The notes under the pieces are model-generated. The model searched no databases and was not told where the DNA came from. It saw only the letters and a program-made list of their open reading frames with translations. Below, in pieces: positions 18,010-27,962 of a stretch of 64,000 nucleotides of DNA. The translations under genes were made by a program, and so were the position numbers. Origin of the DNA: Candidatus Dormiibacterota bacterium (lineage in GTDB: Bacteria > Chloroflexota > Dormibacteria > Aeolococcales > Aeolococcaceae); assembly GCA_963708605.1 (NCBI GenBank), contig CAVPTG010000007.1:193988-257987 (forward strand), given 5' to 3'. How positions within the stretch are numbered: position 1 is the stretch's first letter; every line of letters begins with the position of its first letter.

Positions 18010-18893
18010 GTGCCGAACGCAGCATCGGATTCCTGCTCCATCCCGGCGAGCAGGTCGTCGTCCAGGCGGCGATCGCCCGGGCGCAGTCCTGCGGATTCGC
18101 GGCCTGGACGGCGCTCGAGGATCCCGAGGGCGCCATGCACGAGCACGGTGCAAACACCTCGCTGCTCGTCACCCTCGGGGGCGACGGCACCTTTCTGTAC
18201 GGTGCCCGCCTGGCCGCACCGCTCGGCATCCCGGTCGTCGGGGTGAACCGGGGGCGCCTCGGGTTCCTGAACGACGTGGAGATCGACAAGCTCCCTGAGG
18301 CGATCAGCAGGTTTGCCGCGGGTGACTTCACGACCCAGCGCCGGGCCCTGCTCGAGATCACCATCGACGGTGCGGACGAGCCGATCCTGGCAATCAACGA
18401 GATCGTCGTCCGGGCCCGGGACGTGAATGTCGTGAGGCTCCGCGTTGATGTCGACGATGACCTGCTCGGGGCATTCGACGCCGACGGGGTGGTGGTCTCC
18501 ACCGCAACGGGGTCCACCGCTTACGCGCTCAGCGCGGGCGGCCCCCCGGTGGATCCGCGCGTCCGTGCCGTCGTCGTCGTGCCCCTGGCCGCGCACGCGG
18601 TCATCAGCCGGCCCGTGGTCATCCCCGAGCAGCTCGACGTTCGCGTGACCGTCGAGCGCGGCCGGGTGTTCGTTGCGGCGGACGGCCGGTCGGTGGCGTG
18701 GCTGACGGACGGGCAGAGCGTCGTGGTCAGGCCGGGCCCGGAGCTCGAGGTGGTGCGCTTCGTTGATTCCCCGTCGTTCAACTCGCGGCTCCGCCAGAAA
18801 TTTCGCTACGGCATCCCGCACAAGGACCTGCTCCTCGAGCCGGTCGATGACGACGTTCCCGGGGAGAGAGGAGGCGCGAGTGGCCCTTCGTGA
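18006..18893 (+). CDS. nadK: NAD+ kinase
   Basis: 295 aa with 'LVTLGGDGTFL', 'GVNRGRLGFL' and 'DGVVVSTATGSTAYALSAGGP'. ATG overlaps the tlyA stop. Confidence 0.9.
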   Translation: MSAERSIGFLLHPGEQVVVQAAIARAQSCGFAAWTALEDPEGAMHEHGANTSLLVTLGGDGTFLYGARLAAPLGIPVVGVNRGRLGFLNDVEIDKLPEAISRFAAGDFTTQRRALLEITIDGADEPILAINEIVVRARDVNVVRLRVDVDDDLLGAFDADGVVVSTATGSTAYALSAGGPPVDPRVRAVVVVPLAAHAVISRPVVIPEQLDVRVTVERGRVFVAADGRSVAWLTDGQSVVVRPGPELEVVRFVDSPSFNSRLRQKFRYGIPHKDLLLEPVDDDVPGERGGASGPS

Positions 18894-20613
18894 GCTCCGG
18901 ATCAGCAACCTCGCGGTCATCGAGGAGGCGCGGCTCTCCTTCGACGAGGGCTTCAGCGTCCTGACCGGTGAGACCGGCTCAGGGAAGTCGATGTGCGTCA
19001 ACGCGCTCCGAGCCGCCCTCGGGGGACGGCTCGAACCCGAGGCCGTCCGGACAGGTGCCGCAGGGGCGCGCGTGGCCGCCGTCTTCGATAACCCGAGCGC
19101 TCGCCTGCGCGCGCGCCGGGCCGAGCTCGGGATCCCCGACGACGACCTGATCACCCTGTCACGTGAGGTTCCGATCGCTGGGCGCGCTACCTGCCGGGTC
19201 GATGGGGCTCTGGTGTCCCAGGCCGTACTCCGCGAGCTGGGCGACCTATGCGTCGAAGTGACCGCCCAGGGAACCAGCCATCGCATGCTCCGGCGCAGCT
19301 GGCAACGCGAGGTGCTCGACGCATTCGCCGGGCAGGAATGCGCCGCCGCGCGCGCTGCCACGGGAGATGCGGTCAGGGCGTGGCGCCTCGCCTCGGATGC
19401 CGTTGCCGCAGCTCAGCGTGCCGCCAACACCGGCGCGGCCGAGCTGCAGCGCGCCCGCGATCTCGTCGAGGACCTCGCCCCAATCGGCATTCGCCCTGGC
19501 GAGGACGCCGAGCTTCAGGCGGAGCGACTCCGGCTCCGACACGCGGCTCGAATAGCCGGGTGCTCGCTGTCCCTGGCCGAGGCGAGCGGTGGTGACGAGC
19601 AGTCGGCTGCAGACCGGCTCGCAGCGGCAATCGGAGCGGGGTCCGACCTGGCAGCTGTCGACCCGGCGCTCTCCACCTTGCTCGAGGACGCCGATTCGCT
19701 GGTCGATCGCCTTCGCGAGCTCGCGCTCGACGCTCGCCGCCACGCCGAGGAGATCTCCGTCGATGAGGTTCGCCTGACCGCGATCGAGGAGCGGCTCGAC
19801 ACCCTGACCCGCGTGATCCGGCGCCACGGATCGCTCGAGGCTGCGCTCGGAGAGCTGGATCGAGCCACAGCACTGGTCGCCGGCGTCGACGGCGAGTCGG
19901 GAGCGATCGGCAGCCTGGAAGCCGCGGCTTATGCGCGACGCGCGGACGCTTCGCGGGCGGCGGCCGGACTCAGCGTCATTCGGACGTCGGCCGCGCGCCG
20001 CCTCGAGCGAGCGGTGACAGCCGAGCTGCGCTCGCTCGAGCTGCCACACGCGCGTTTCCGTGTGGTGCTCACCCGCACCCTCGACGTCGACGGTGTCGAC
20101 ACCGGAGACGGCACACCGGTGCGCTGCGGGCAGTCGGGGATCGACGAGGTTGACTTCCGCCTCGCGCCCAACCGTGACTTCGTCCCGATGCCGCTGGACG
20201 AAGGACCCTCCGGTGGCGAGCTCGGGCGGCTGGCCCTGGCCCTGAGCGCGGTCGTCACCGAAGAGGACGCGCCGGTCCTGGTCCTCGACGAGGTGGACAC
20301 GGGTATCGGCGGCGAGACCGCGGCGCGCGTTGGCGACGTCCTCGCCCGGATCGGACGGGGACGCCAGGTGATCGCGATCACGCATCGCCCCGAGATCGCG
20401 GCTCGGGCGGTCGCGCACCTGACCATCACCAAGCTCGACCGTCCCGGCGGACCTCAGGCGACCGCCGCCGTGGTGACCGGCGATGATCGGATGCGCGAGA
20501 TCGCACGCCTGATGTCGGGCAGGACGACCGAGGCAGCCTTGATCAGAGCCGCCGAGCTCCTCGAAGAGGGAGCGAGCGGCGATCGGGAAGCCCCCGGCGT
20601 CCGTACCATGTAG
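18880..20613 (+). CDS. recN: DNA repair protein RecN
   Basis: GTG 18880 (inside track ORF 18763..20613) follows GGAGAGAGGAGG. 'LRISNLAVIEEARLSFDEGFSVLTGETGSGKSM' (Walker A), and C-terminal 'SGGELGRLALAL' and 'VLVLDEVDTGIGG'. Confidence 0.9.
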   Translation: MALRELRISNLAVIEEARLSFDEGFSVLTGETGSGKSMCVNALRAALGGRLEPEAVRTGAAGARVAAVFDNPSARLRARRAELGIPDDDLITLSREVPIAGRATCRVDGALVSQAVLRELGDLCVEVTAQGTSHRMLRRSWQREVLDAFAGQECAAARAATGDAVRAWRLASDAVAAAQRAANTGAAELQRARDLVEDLAPIGIRPGEDAELQAERLRLRHAARIAGCSLSLAEASGGDEQSAADRLAAAIGAGSDLAAVDPALSTLLEDADSLVDRLRELALDARRHAEEISVDEVRLTAIEERLDTLTRVIRRHGSLEAALGELDRATALVAGVDGESGAIGSLEAAAYARRADASRAAAGLSVIRTSAARRLERAVTAELRSLELPHARFRVVLTRTLDVDGVDTGDGTPVRCGQSGIDEVDFRLAPNRDFVPMPLDEGPSGGELGRLALALSAVVTEEDAPVLVLDEVDTGIGGETAARVGDVLARIGRGRQVIAITHRPEIAARAVAHLTITKLDRPGGPQATAAVVTGDDRMREIARLMSGRTTEAALIRAAELLEEGASGDREAPGVRTM

Positions 20614-20615
20614 CG

Positions 20616-21338
20616 ATGCAGCGGGAGGACGCGGGCGCCGCCTCGATCACCGTCGACGCGCCGGGCTTCCACGGGAGCCTCGAGGAACTCGTTGCCCGAG
20701 CGAACCGCGGTGATCTCGACCTCACCGAGCTGTCGGTGAGCACGGTCGTCGAGGAGGCGCGGAGAGCACTCGAGGCTCCCGAGCGGCAGGGTGATCTCCG
20801 CGCCGTCGCGGATGCCCTGGCGCTGCTCGCCCGGCTGGTCGCGCTCAAGGCGTCGGCGGTGCTGCCGGAACAGGACACCACGGTCATCGAGCCGGAGGAC
20901 GACCAATCGACTGACGCCGGGAGACGGCTCGCCGAGTACCGCCTCTTCAAGGCCGCTGCGGAAGCGCTCCTCGCGGAGGCCGCAACCGAAGGCGCGCGCA
21001 GCTTCCTCGGATTGGTGTCGACCGACGTGATCCCCGTTGAGCGGCTCCGGATCGCCCCGGAACGCCTGGCCGCAGCCTTCCGGGCGGTGCTCGAACGGCT
21101 CAGCGATACCGAGCCCCTGCCGGTGACGATCACGTTCTCGGTGGAGGACAAGGTCCGCCTGCTCCGCGACCGGCTCATGCTCGGACCGCTCGAATTCGAA
21201 GAGGTGTTCGCCGGGGTCAGCAGCCGGCTCGAAGCGGTTGCCTGTTTCCTGGCGCTGCTCGAGATGCTGAAGCGCGGCGAGGCGACCGTCGAACAGCGCG
21301 ACGCGTTCGGCCCGATCACGGTGACCGGCCGTGGATGA
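20616..21338 (+). CDS. scpA: segregation and condensation protein A
   Basis: 240 aa ScpA-like, with 'FHGSLEELVARANRGDLDLTELSVSTVV' and 'CFLALLEMLKRGE'. Confidence 0.85.
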   Translation: MQREDAGAASITVDAPGFHGSLEELVARANRGDLDLTELSVSTVVEEARRALEAPERQGDLRAVADALALLARLVALKASAVLPEQDTTVIEPEDDQSTDAGRRLAEYRLFKAAAEALLAEAATEGARSFLGLVSTDVIPVERLRIAPERLAAAFRAVLERLSDTEPLPVTITFSVEDKVRLLRDRLMLGPLEFEEVFAGVSSRLEAVACFLALLEMLKRGEATVEQRDAFGPITVTGRG

Positions 21339-21920
21339 CGTGCTCGTGCTCGACGTCTTCGGCCGCGCCACCGTCCCCGAGGGCACGGCGGACGCCGAGC
21401 CCGAGGACCTTGCCCCCGCACTCGAGGCGCTCTGCTTCGCGTTGGGCCGCGAGGTCACCATCGCCGAGGCTGCGGCCATCCTGGAGCGCACCTCCGCCGC
21501 GGTCGCCCGGGCGGCCGGCGTGCTCGCCATGGATTTACGTGGTCGTGGGCTCATGCTGCAGCGCTCCGACGAGGCGATCCAGCTGGTCACCCGGCCGGAG
21601 ATGGCCTGGGCGGTGCAGCGCGCGCTCCACCCGGAACGCCCGTCGCGCCTGAGCCGGGCGGCCATGGAGACGCTCGCGATCGTCGCCTACCGCCAGCCGG
21701 TGACCAAGGCGGTGATCGAGTCGATCCGCGGCGTGGATTGCGAAGCGGTGCTCGAGCATTTGACCGAGCGGCGCCTGATCACCGAGGTCGCGCGCCAGGA
21801 GACCCCGGGCATCCCCGCCTGTTCGGCACCACGCTGCGGTTCCTGCAATTGGTCGGCCTCGAGCGCATCGACGACCTGCCGCCGGTGGCCGAGACCGCGG
21901 TGCTTCCCAGCTTCGAGTGA
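21331..21920 (+). pseudogene. scpB: segregation and condensation protein B, interrupted by a -1 frameshift in the C4 run 21813-21816
   Basis: 'LEALCFALGREVTIAEAA...AAMETLAIVAYRQPVTKAVIESIRGVDCEAVLEHLTERRLI..ETPG' is in track ORF 21331..22164. The canonical end 'RLFGTTLRFLQLVGLERIDDLPP...SFE*' is in track ORF 21738..21920. Total 590 nt = 3n+2. One more C would give '...GIPRLFGTT'. Confidence 0.85.
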
Positions 21921-22672
21921 GTGCCCCACCGCCGGAGCGGCTCAACCGGTTTCTCGCGCGTCGGGGAGTTGCATCGCGGCGCGGTGCCGACAAGCTCATC
22001 GCCGATGGGCGAGTGACCGTCAATGGCGAGGTGAGTCCCCTCGGCGCCGTCGTCGACCCATCGGTCGACCGTGTGAGCGTCGACGGGCACAGGATCCCCG
22101 CCCGCGCAGTTTCAGTCACCATCGTCCTCAACAAACCGGCGGGCGTGGTCACGACGCGTCGTGATCCGTATCAGCGCCGCACCGTGATGGACCTGATCGA
22201 GCCGGTCCCCGGGCTTGTTCCGGTCGGCCGCCTCGACGCCGACAGCCGCGGGCTGCTCGTCCTCACCACCGACGGTGACCTCGCGCATGCCGTCTCGCAT
22301 CCGCGTCACGGCGTCACCAAGCGCTACCGGGCAACCCTCGACCACGACATCGCCCCTGAACAGCTCGAGCAGCTGACCGCCGGCGTCCAGCTAGAGGACG
22401 GCCCGGCACGTGCCCTCAGCGCCAAGCGATCAGGGTCGGGTTCGACGGTCGAGGTGGTCATGGCCGAGGGACGCAAACGCGAGGTGCGCCGGCTGTTCTC
22501 GGCGGTCGGCCTCGAGGTTCGCGATCTGGTACGGATCGCCATCGGACCGATCGAGCTCGGCGCCCTCCCCGAGGGCCAGACGCGAGCGCTGCGTCCGGCC
22601 GAATTGTCCTCGTTGCGTGCAGCGGCGGGCATGCCTGCACCCGTGCGCGCCGCACCTCGGCCGTCGAGGTGA
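21917..22672 (+). CDS. rluB: pseudouridine synthase, RsuA/RluB family
   Basis: 251 aa with the S4 domain 'RLNRFLARRGVASRRGADKLIADGRVTVNG' and catalytic 'PVGRLDADSRGLLVLTTDG'. GTG overlaps the restored scpB stop (GTGA). Confidence 0.85.
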   Translation: MSAPPPERLNRFLARRGVASRRGADKLIADGRVTVNGEVSPLGAVVDPSVDRVSVDGHRIPARAVSVTIVLNKPAGVVTTRRDPYQRRTVMDLIEPVPGLVPVGRLDADSRGLLVLTTDGDLAHAVSHPRHGVTKRYRATLDHDIAPEQLEQLTAGVQLEDGPARALSAKRSGSGSTVEVVMAEGRKREVRRLFSAVGLEVRDLVRIAIGPIELGALPEGQTRALRPAELSSLRAAAGMPAPVRAAPRPSR

Positions 22673-23346
22673 GGCCACCCGTGATCACCATCGATGGGCC
22701 CGCGGGGAGTGGCAAGACGACCCTCGGGCGGAGACTCGCCACGACCCTCGGGGTCCCCCTGGTCGACACCGGGCTCTTCTATCGGGGGGTCATGGTCGCC
22801 GCAGCCCGCGCCGGAATCGGTCCCGATGACCGCGAGGCTCTTATCGACTGTGCGCGAAGGACGGAGGTCGTCATCGACACCGATCCAAGCCACAACGGCG
22901 CCGCATGCGTTGACGGCGTCGAAGCCGGCCCCGCCCTCCGAGACCCCGCCAACGCCCCGTTGCTGGCATCGCTGAGCAGCATCCCGGAGGTGCGCGGCGT
23001 GCTGCTCGAGGCGCAGCGTGAGCTCGCGCGCGACGGCGCCGTCGCGGTGGGTCGCGACTGCGGCACGGTCGTTTTTCCGGACGCGCAGCTCAAGCTGTAT
23101 CTCGACGCTTCGGAAGACGTGCGGGCGCAGCGCAGAGCCTCGCAGCTGCGCGGCAGCGGCGCTCCAGCCGACACCGCGCTGGTGCGCGGCGAGGTGGGCG
23201 CTCGCGACCTGCTCGACGCCACGCGCACCGCCGCGCCGATGCGCCCCGCGCCCGACGCGTATGTCCTCGACACCGGCGTGCTCGGCATCGATGAGGTGGT
23301 GCGGACGGCGCTGGAGCTCTGGGCGGCGAGATCGACCGCCGCGTGA
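22669..23346 (+). CDS. cmk: (d)CMP kinase
   Basis: 225 aa with 'ITIDGPAGSGKTTLGRRLATTLGVPLVDTGLFYR' and 'VAVGRDCGTVVFPDA'. Confidence 0.9.
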   Translation: MRPPVITIDGPAGSGKTTLGRRLATTLGVPLVDTGLFYRGVMVAAARAGIGPDDREALIDCARRTEVVIDTDPSHNGAACVDGVEAGPALRDPANAPLLASLSSIPEVRGVLLEAQRELARDGAVAVGRDCGTVVFPDAQLKLYLDASEDVRAQRRASQLRGSGAPADTALVRGEVGARDLLDATRTAAPMRPAPDAYVLDTGVLGIDEVVRTALELWAARSTAA

Positions 23347-26201
23347 CCGGGGCCCCGTCGCACCTGGACCACCTGGTCGCCTTCGACCTCGAGACCACCG
23401 GCCTGTCTCCGCGCAGCGACCGCATCCTCGAGATCGGCGCGGTTCGCTACGACGATGCGATGCGTCCGATCGACGAGCTCCAGGTGGTGGTCGATCCGCA
23501 GATGCCGATCCCCCTCGCCATCCAGCGCCTCGTCGGCCTCAGCGACGACGACGTCCTGGGCAGCCCGGCGCCGGCGGAGGCGGCAAACCGGCTCGCCGCC
23601 TTCTGCGGAGATGCTGCGTTGATCGCCCACGGCGGCACGTTCGACCTGCTCTTCCTTCGGGCGCTGCTCACCGAGTCGTTCGGGTCGCGGCTGATCTTCG
23701 ACACGCTCGACCTCGCGAGGATCCTGCTGCCGACCTTCGACAGCCACAGCCTCCCACTCCTGAGCCGCCGCCTCGGCATCCCCCACGACCGCCCGCATCG
23801 GGCGCTGAGCGACGCCCGCGCCACCGGCGACCTGTTCCGGGCCCTGGTCGGCGCCGGCCGCCGGCTTCCCGTCGCCACCCTGGCCGAGATGCGCCGGGTC
23901 GCGTCCCAGGCGCCGGGACCCCTGGACGCGTTTCTGAACGACGTGATGGTCCGACCCGAGCTGGAGGCTGAGCCCCCCGTCGACGGCGCGGCGCTCGCGG
24001 CGCCGGCGTCAGTGCCATCGTCCGATGGATCCGCGGAGGGGACCTCGGCTCCGGCTTCAACCCGGACTGTTCAGCCTCCGCTCGGGTCCCCTCCGCCGCG
24101 CCATCTGGAGACACCTGACCGGCGAAGCGTGGGCGAGGCTGCAGCGGACCTACTCGGCCCGCAGGGCCCGCTTGCGGCCAGCGAGCGCTACGAGTATCGC
24201 GAGGCACAGGTGCAGATGGCCATGGCGATCGGTCAGACGCTGGAGCGGAAGCGGCGCCTCATGGTCGAAGCTGGTACCGGCGTCGGCAAGTCGCTCGCCT
24301 ACCTCACGCCTCTGGCCCTCTGGGCGTCGCGGACCGGCAAGCGAGCGGTGGTCGCGACCCATACCGTCAACCTCCAGGAACAGCTCGCCGATCGTGACCT
24401 GCCCGCCGTCGCTGCGCTGCTCGACACGCCGGTGTCGGTTGCGGTGCTCAAGGGACGCAACCATTACCTGAGCCTCCGCAGGTGGCAGCGATTCCTCGCC
24501 ACCTCCGACATCGTGGGACGGGAGCCCGACATGGTGTCGATCCGATTCAAGTTGAAGATGCTCACGTGGCTCGCCACGACAACCAGCGGTGACCGGTCCG
24601 AGGTGTTTCTCGCCGGTGACGAGGAGCAACTCTGGCGGCGGGTCGCGTCCGATGTGACCGACTGCCTTGGGCCGGCATGCGCCAACTGGCCGAATGCGCG
24701 CTGCTACATGGTCGGCGCCCGGCGCGGTGCCGCAGATGCAGCCATTGTTGTCACGAACCACGCGCTCCTCCTTGCGGGAAACGAGCGCCAGGGGCAGGTG
24801 CTGGGCCCCTACGAGGCACTGGTCATCGATGAGGCCCACCACCTCGAGCAGGTCGCCACCGAGCAGCTCGGTGTCACCGTGCGCCTCGCCGATCTGACCC
24901 TCATCCTCGATCGCCTCCCAGCGGTTCCCGGTACATCGCTGGGCGCGGATCTCGAGCGATGCCGCGAGGCGGGGCAGCGTCTCTTCGGCGACGCCAAGGG
25001 GTTCATGGCTGCCCGGCTTGGCGGTGAACACGCAGCCAACGGACGGATCGGGCTCTCCGAAGCGATCCGCGATGACCCGGAATTCGGGTTCGTCCAGCGG
25101 TCGGCTGTCCACGCGGCAGGAGTATTTCAGCGCACGGCGGGACTCCTGGCGGCGGGCTCGCCGGCCGGGATGCAGGCGGACCTGCTGCCCCAACCGGATC
25201 GCGCTGAGGACGAGCTCGAGCATGCCGCCGCAGCCCTCGCCGGCCTGGCAGCGGCGGTGGACCACGTGATCGTCCGGCCGCGTGAGGGCATGGTCGCCTG
25301 GATCGAGATGCGCGGCGAACAGGCCGAGCTTCATGAGGCGCCGGTCGACGTCTCGGTCCCTCTGGCCGAGACCGTCTTCGACCCGGCTGAATCGGTGATC
25401 CTCACCTCGGCGACGCTGTCGGTCGGGGGGAGCTTCGACTTCATCCGCACCCGGGTGGGCATCGGGGCGACGGCCGAGGAGCTGACCCTGCCTTCTCCGT
25501 TCGACTACCTTCGCCAGGCCATCTGCATCCTGCCGGAGGATGCGACCGCCTACGACGACCCGGCGCACGACCTGCAGATGGCCGCGCTCGTCGACGCCAT
25601 CGCCGGACGCCTCGACGGGCACACGCTCGTGCTCTTCACGAGCTACGGCCCGCTCAAGCGCGTCTGGGCCCTGCTCCAGGAGCGCCTCAACTCGCTCGGG
25701 ATCGCAAGCCTCGCCCAGGGGCTCGACGGCACCAGGCGGCAGATCCTGCAAAGCTTTCTCGCCGATCCGCGCACCGTCCTGCTGGCCACCAGCAGCTTTT
25801 GGGAGGGCGTCGACATCCCGGGCGACCGTCTGCGCTGCGTGATCATCGACAAGCTGCCGTTCCCGGTGCCGACCGACCCGCTGGTTCGCGCGCGCTCAGA
25901 ACGGCTGCGCGACCCGTTCGGCGAATACATCCTCCCGGTGGCGATCATCCGGCTCCGTCAGGGGTTCGGGCGTCTCATCCGTAGCGCTTCGGATCGCGGC
26001 GCGGTGGTGCTCTGCGATCCCCGCCTGCGCACCCGCCAGTACGGCCTCGGGTTCCTGCAGGCATTGCCTCCCGCTCCGATGGCGGTCACCGCGTTCGATC
26101 GCGTCCCCGCCATGGTCGAAGCGTTCGTGAACTCGGGAGCGTGGCCCGATACCGTGGGAGAATCAACGGGATGGTCCTCGAACGATCTCGAACCGGCGTG
26201 A
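23343..26201 (+). CDS. dinG: DinG-family helicase with N-terminal DnaQ-like 3'-5' exonuclease domain
   Basis: 952 aa. The N-terminus has 'VAFDLETTGLSP' and 'HRALSDARAT' exonuclease motifs. The helicase core has 'MVEAGTGVGKSLAYL', 'LVIDEAHHLE', 'SATLSV', and C-terminal 'FWEGVDIPG' and 'RLRQGFGRLIR'. Confidence 0.9.
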   Translation: MTGAPSHLDHLVAFDLETTGLSPRSDRILEIGAVRYDDAMRPIDELQVVVDPQMPIPLAIQRLVGLSDDDVLGSPAPAEAANRLAAFCGDAALIAHGGTFDLLFLRALLTESFGSRLIFDTLDLARILLPTFDSHSLPLLSRRLGIPHDRPHRALSDARATGDLFRALVGAGRRLPVATLAEMRRVASQAPGPLDAFLNDVMVRPELEAEPPVDGAALAAPASVPSSDGSAEGTSAPASTRTVQPPLGSPPPRHLETPDRRSVGEAAADLLGPQGPLAASERYEYREAQVQMAMAIGQTLERKRRLMVEAGTGVGKSLAYLTPLALWASRTGKRAVVATHTVNLQEQLADRDLPAVAALLDTPVSVAVLKGRNHYLSLRRWQRFLATSDIVGREPDMVSIRFKLKMLTWLATTTSGDRSEVFLAGDEEQLWRRVASDVTDCLGPACANWPNARCYMVGARRGAADAAIVVTNHALLLAGNERQGQVLGPYEALVIDEAHHLEQVATEQLGVTVRLADLTLILDRLPAVPGTSLGADLERCREAGQRLFGDAKGFMAARLGGEHAANGRIGLSEAIRDDPEFGFVQRSAVHAAGVFQRTAGLLAAGSPAGMQADLLPQPDRAEDELEHAAAALAGLAAAVDHVIVRPREGMVAWIEMRGEQAELHEAPVDVSVPLAETVFDPAESVILTSATLSVGGSFDFIRTRVGIGATAEELTLPSPFDYLRQAICILPEDATAYDDPAHDLQMAALVDAIAGRLDGHTLVLFTSYGPLKRVWALLQERLNSLGIASLAQGLDGTRRQILQSFLADPRTVLLATSSFWEGVDIPGDRLRCVIIDKLPFPVPTDPLVRARSERLRDPFGEYILPVAIIRLRQGFGRLIRSASDRGAVVLCDPRLRTRQYGLGFLQALPPAPMAVTAFDRVPAMVEAFVNSGAWPDTVGESTGWSSNDLEPA

Positions 26202-27160
26202 TCCCGGCGCAGGAGTCGACGCCCGGCGCGACCGCGGCGCACCCATCGCCGGAAGCGGCGCCGAGATCAGACCCGGCCGGGTCGGTGACCGTCGCGCTCG
26301 CCCAGTTCTATCCGCGTCTCGGTGATGTGACCGCCAACATCGACGCCCATCTCACCATCATCGCCGCCGCCGGAGCCTCGGGTGCCGGGCTGGTGGTGTT
26401 CCCCGAGCTCTCGCTCACCGGGTACTTCCTCAAGGACCAGGTCCCGGACGTCGCACTGCGAATCGACTCACCGGAGATCCATGCGCTCCGGGAGGCATCC
26501 CGCGACGGTGGCATCGACATCGTCGCAGGGCTGATCCTCGAGAGTGACGCTCATCGCTTCTACAACGCAGCGCTCTACATCAGCGGCGGCGAGGTGGTGC
26601 ACGTCCACCGCAAGGTCTACCTGCCGACCTACGGTCTCTTCGACGAGCAGCGCTATCTCGCCGCCGGCGACCGGTTTCGCGCCTTCCTCGCGCCGCTCGG
26701 CAACCGCACCGGTCATCGCTGGCGCGCGGGCATCCTCATCTGCGAGGACCTCTGGCATCCGACGTCGGCGGCGCTGCTGGCGCGCCAGGACGTGGATCTC
26801 ATCATCTGCCCGTCGGCGTCGCCGGGGCGCGGCCTCCTCCAGGGTGCGGCGGTCGGCACGGCGAGCAGCTATGACGTCATGACCCGGACCTACGCCCAGC
26901 TGTTCACGACGTATGTCCTGTACTGCAACCGGTCCGGGTTCGAGGATGGGGTCGGATTCTGGGGCGGCTCGCGCGTGGTCGACCCGGCGGGCAGCGTGGT
27001 CGCCGAGGTGGGCGGAGCCCAGGAGTCCGTGCTCTTCCACAGCCTCGAGCGCAGCGCGCTCCGCCGGGCGCGCGTCGCCTATCCACTGCTTCGCGACGAA
27101 CGAAACGATGTCAACGACGCCGAGACCGATCGACTCCGACGCCACCGCACTCGCGGTTGA
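26198..27160 (+). CDS. carbon-nitrogen hydrolase (nitrilase-superfamily) protein, probable glutaminase partner of NadE
   Basis: 'VALAQFYPRLGDVTANIDAH...VVFPELSLTGY' (Glu), 'HRKVYLP' (Lys) and 'GILICEDLWHP' (Cys) form the catalytic triad contexts. GTG 26198 overlaps the dinG stop; alternative start is GTG 26285. Confidence 0.8.
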   Translation: MIPAQESTPGATAAHPSPEAAPRSDPAGSVTVALAQFYPRLGDVTANIDAHLTIIAAAGASGAGLVVFPELSLTGYFLKDQVPDVALRIDSPEIHALREASRDGGIDIVAGLILESDAHRFYNAALYISGGEVVHVHRKVYLPTYGLFDEQRYLAAGDRFRAFLAPLGNRTGHRWRAGILICEDLWHPTSAALLARQDVDLIICPSASPGRGLLQGAAVGTASSYDVMTRTYAQLFTTYVLYCNRSGFEDGVGFWGGSRVVDPAGSVVAEVGGAQESVLFHSLERSALRRARVAYPLLRDERNDVNDAETDRLRRHRTRG

Positions 27161-27962
27161 CGCCGCCTTCGTCATCGAGCGGCTCCGCGGCTTCATCGCC
27201 GACGGTGTGCGCAAGGTGGGGTTCGAGCGCGTCATCGTCGGTCTCTCGGGTGGTGTCGACTCCTCGCTGGTGACGGCCCTCGCGGTGTCGTCGCTGGGAG
27301 CGGACAGCGTGGTCGCGGTCTTCATGCCCTACCGAAGCAGCGATCCGCAGTCGCAGATCGACGCGCTCGCGGTGTGCGACAGCCTCGGCATCACCGCGAA
27401 GATCATCGACATCACGGCGCAGGTGGATGCGTACTTCGACTGCTTCCCGGAGGCCGATCGCACCCGCAGAGGCAACAAGATGGCCCGCGAGCGGATGTCG
27501 ATCCTCTATGACCATTCGATGGCGGAACGCGCGCTCGTGCTCGGCACCTCCAACAAGACGGAGTTGTTGCTCGGCTACGGCACCCTGTTCGGCGACATGG
27601 CGAGCGCGCTCAACCCGATCGGTGACCTCTACAAGACGCAGGTGTACGAGCTCGCTCGCGCGCTCGACCTGCCGCACAGCGTGCTCACCAAGGCGCCGAG
27701 CGCCGACCTGTGGGTTGGTCAATCGGACGAGGACGAGCTGGGGATGCGCTATGCGGTGGTCGACCGCGTGCTCCACCTGCTCGTCGACGAACGGCGGAGC
27801 AGGGCGGAGGTCATCGCACTCGGCTTCGACGCAGCCGATGTCGACTCGATCGTGGCGCGCGTGCGCGGCAGCCAGTACAAACGGCGTCCGCCGGTCATCG
27901 CCAAGTTGAGCAACCGCACCATCGACCGGGAGTTCCGCTATCCGCGGGACTGGGGTCGATGA
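27108..27962 (+). CDS. nadE: NAD+ synthetase (single-domain NadE)
   Basis: ATG 27108 inside track ORF 26913..27962. PP-loop 'VIVGLSGGVDSSLV', 'GTSNKTELLLGYGTLFGDMA' and 'PIGDLYKTQV'. Overlaps the upstream CN-hydrolase gene by 53 nt in another frame. Confidence 0.85.
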   Translation: MSTTPRPIDSDATALAVDAAFVIERLRGFIADGVRKVGFERVIVGLSGGVDSSLVTALAVSSLGADSVVAVFMPYRSSDPQSQIDALAVCDSLGITAKIIDITAQVDAYFDCFPEADRTRRGNKMARERMSILYDHSMAERALVLGTSNKTELLLGYGTLFGDMASALNPIGDLYKTQVYELARALDLPHSVLTKAPSADLWVGQSDEDELGMRYAVVDRVLHLLVDERRSRAEVIALGFDAADVDSIVARVRGSQYKRRPPVIAKLSNRTIDREFRYPRDWGR

